Shown in pieces: positions 62,712 to 64,000 of a stretch of 64,000 bases of DNA. A program made the position numbers and the translations under genes. The stretch comes from Heterodontus francisci (taxonomy: Eukaryota), in assembly GCF_036365525.1 (NCBI RefSeq), contig NC_090393.1:31094764-31158763 (forward strand). Direction: 5' to 3'. How positions within the stretch are numbered: the stretch's first letter is position 1; the number at the start of each line of letters is the position of its first letter. The notes beneath the pieces are model-generated. The model did not search any database and was not told where the DNA came from. It was given only the letters and a program-made list of their open reading frames with translations.

Positions 62712-64000
62712 GTGCAAGAATGCTAAATTTCAAAGGGAGCAACAATTTATACTGCATGAGAAAAGGGTGCTGATTGGCAAGTCGACTCTGTTTGAGGCAT
62801 TGCCATGGAGAATGCACCAAGGAACGATTGTCCCCTATGCTTTAATTCAAAAAAGGCACAATGCCTGGACATATTCCTTTTGCCTGCAGAGGGCAGGTCT
62901 CTGCATATGAATATATGTAGTTTCTAGCAAGCGTAAGTGAGCCATATTGCGAGCATGACTGAGGATCTTAAATTGGTTGTCAATTTTCTACCATCACCTT
63001 CTAAAGACATACTTAGAGGTACAGTTCCACTTTTTATCTCGCCAAAGTGCCCATTATTTGTCAAATACCAGTAGGTATTTGAGGATGTCATTCAAGCTTC
63101 CTCTTTCTAATGTCTGCACATTCTTCACACGTCTTTTTTTTTTTCCCTGTCCCTAATCCAACTAAACTAATTGCAGTACTGAGATTGGGTAGAGTACAGG
63201 GATTGAACGTGGGACCTACTGGTGGTGATTGGTGATATATATTCTCAACTTTGAAGCATTAATAAGCTTATTAAAGCTTGCCTAAAAAGTTTCTGAATTT
63301 TGCTACCAAACACAATAATGAAACCTTTTAAATACTTCAGCATTTTGTTTTTAAATGAGCTCAGCTAGATGATTGGAATTCAAATCAGTTTTGACACATT
63401 AATCTTCCAGCTTTTCTGTGGATTGAAATTTCCCACTCGACTTGGTTGACTGAGGGAAACAAATCCTGCCAGAAATCAGGGAATCCTCCCTACTTCATTT
63501 AAGAATGGTCCCTCATGGATTAACAAAGGAGCTGTACTGACATGGGATGCATTGTTTTCTTTTCGTAACCGAAGAACTAACTTAGGGAGTTTTAAGATGA
63601 AGAGTTAAAGATAATTGCAATTTATTGTAAGAAATAATAAGTCAGCTTGGCTCTTACATGATAGATGTTTCACTTCATGTAAGAAAACTGACCTAGTCCA
63701 CCTTATCGCGTTTGTTATTTCACTTTCTGTCCAATTTTAAGAGGATAATTAATGCAATAATGATGTCATCCGTGGCTTAAGCCATTCTCTCTGGACGAGT
63801 ATATAGCTGGACTTTTTTTTTAAAAAGAGTATATAGCTGAGACTTCTGGTTTAAAAGAAAAAGGCTTGTAAGGGGAGAAAATATTCTTTAGTTGCCCTTC
63901 CCCTATTCCAAAGAGATATTGTTCATGGTTGCAGGTGGTGTGATTTTTAAACTAGACAGAACGGCACATCAGAGATTCTTAATGTATTGTTTTTGTCTTT

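Overview
Repeat-rich vertebrate genomic DNA. The HE1/V-SINE-type and Deu/Sac-type SINEs and the esterase-ORF1 CR1 LINEs point to a cartilaginous fish, probably a shark. Three host genes follow the known FAM216A–GPN3–ARPC3 vertebrate neighbourhood: (i) two coding exons of a minus-strand gene that is probably FAM216A, called mainly from synteny; (ii) a complete 8-exon GPN3 (+, 25875-38108, 286 aa); (iii) exons 1-6 of ARPC3 (+, 55999-60490), whose last exon lies beyond the window. Most of the rest is transposable elements: a young full-length CR1 with an intact 984-aa ORF2, several decayed CR1s, two RTE insertions with TSDs, solo LTRs with 4-bp TSDs, a Helitron remnant, a hAT MITE, SINEs and L2 tails. 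The strongest signals are minimal hammerhead-ribozyme motifs in two short Penelope-type repeat families; a TSD-flanked palindrome folded at the predicted ribozyme stem III/cleavage site; a rearranged RTE with a perfect 33-bp inverted repeat; an orphan 257-aa coiled-coil ORF just downstream of the intact CR1; a GC-AG intron and a promoter VNTR in ARPC3. All calls come from reading the sequence by eye; no database searches or folding programs were run.
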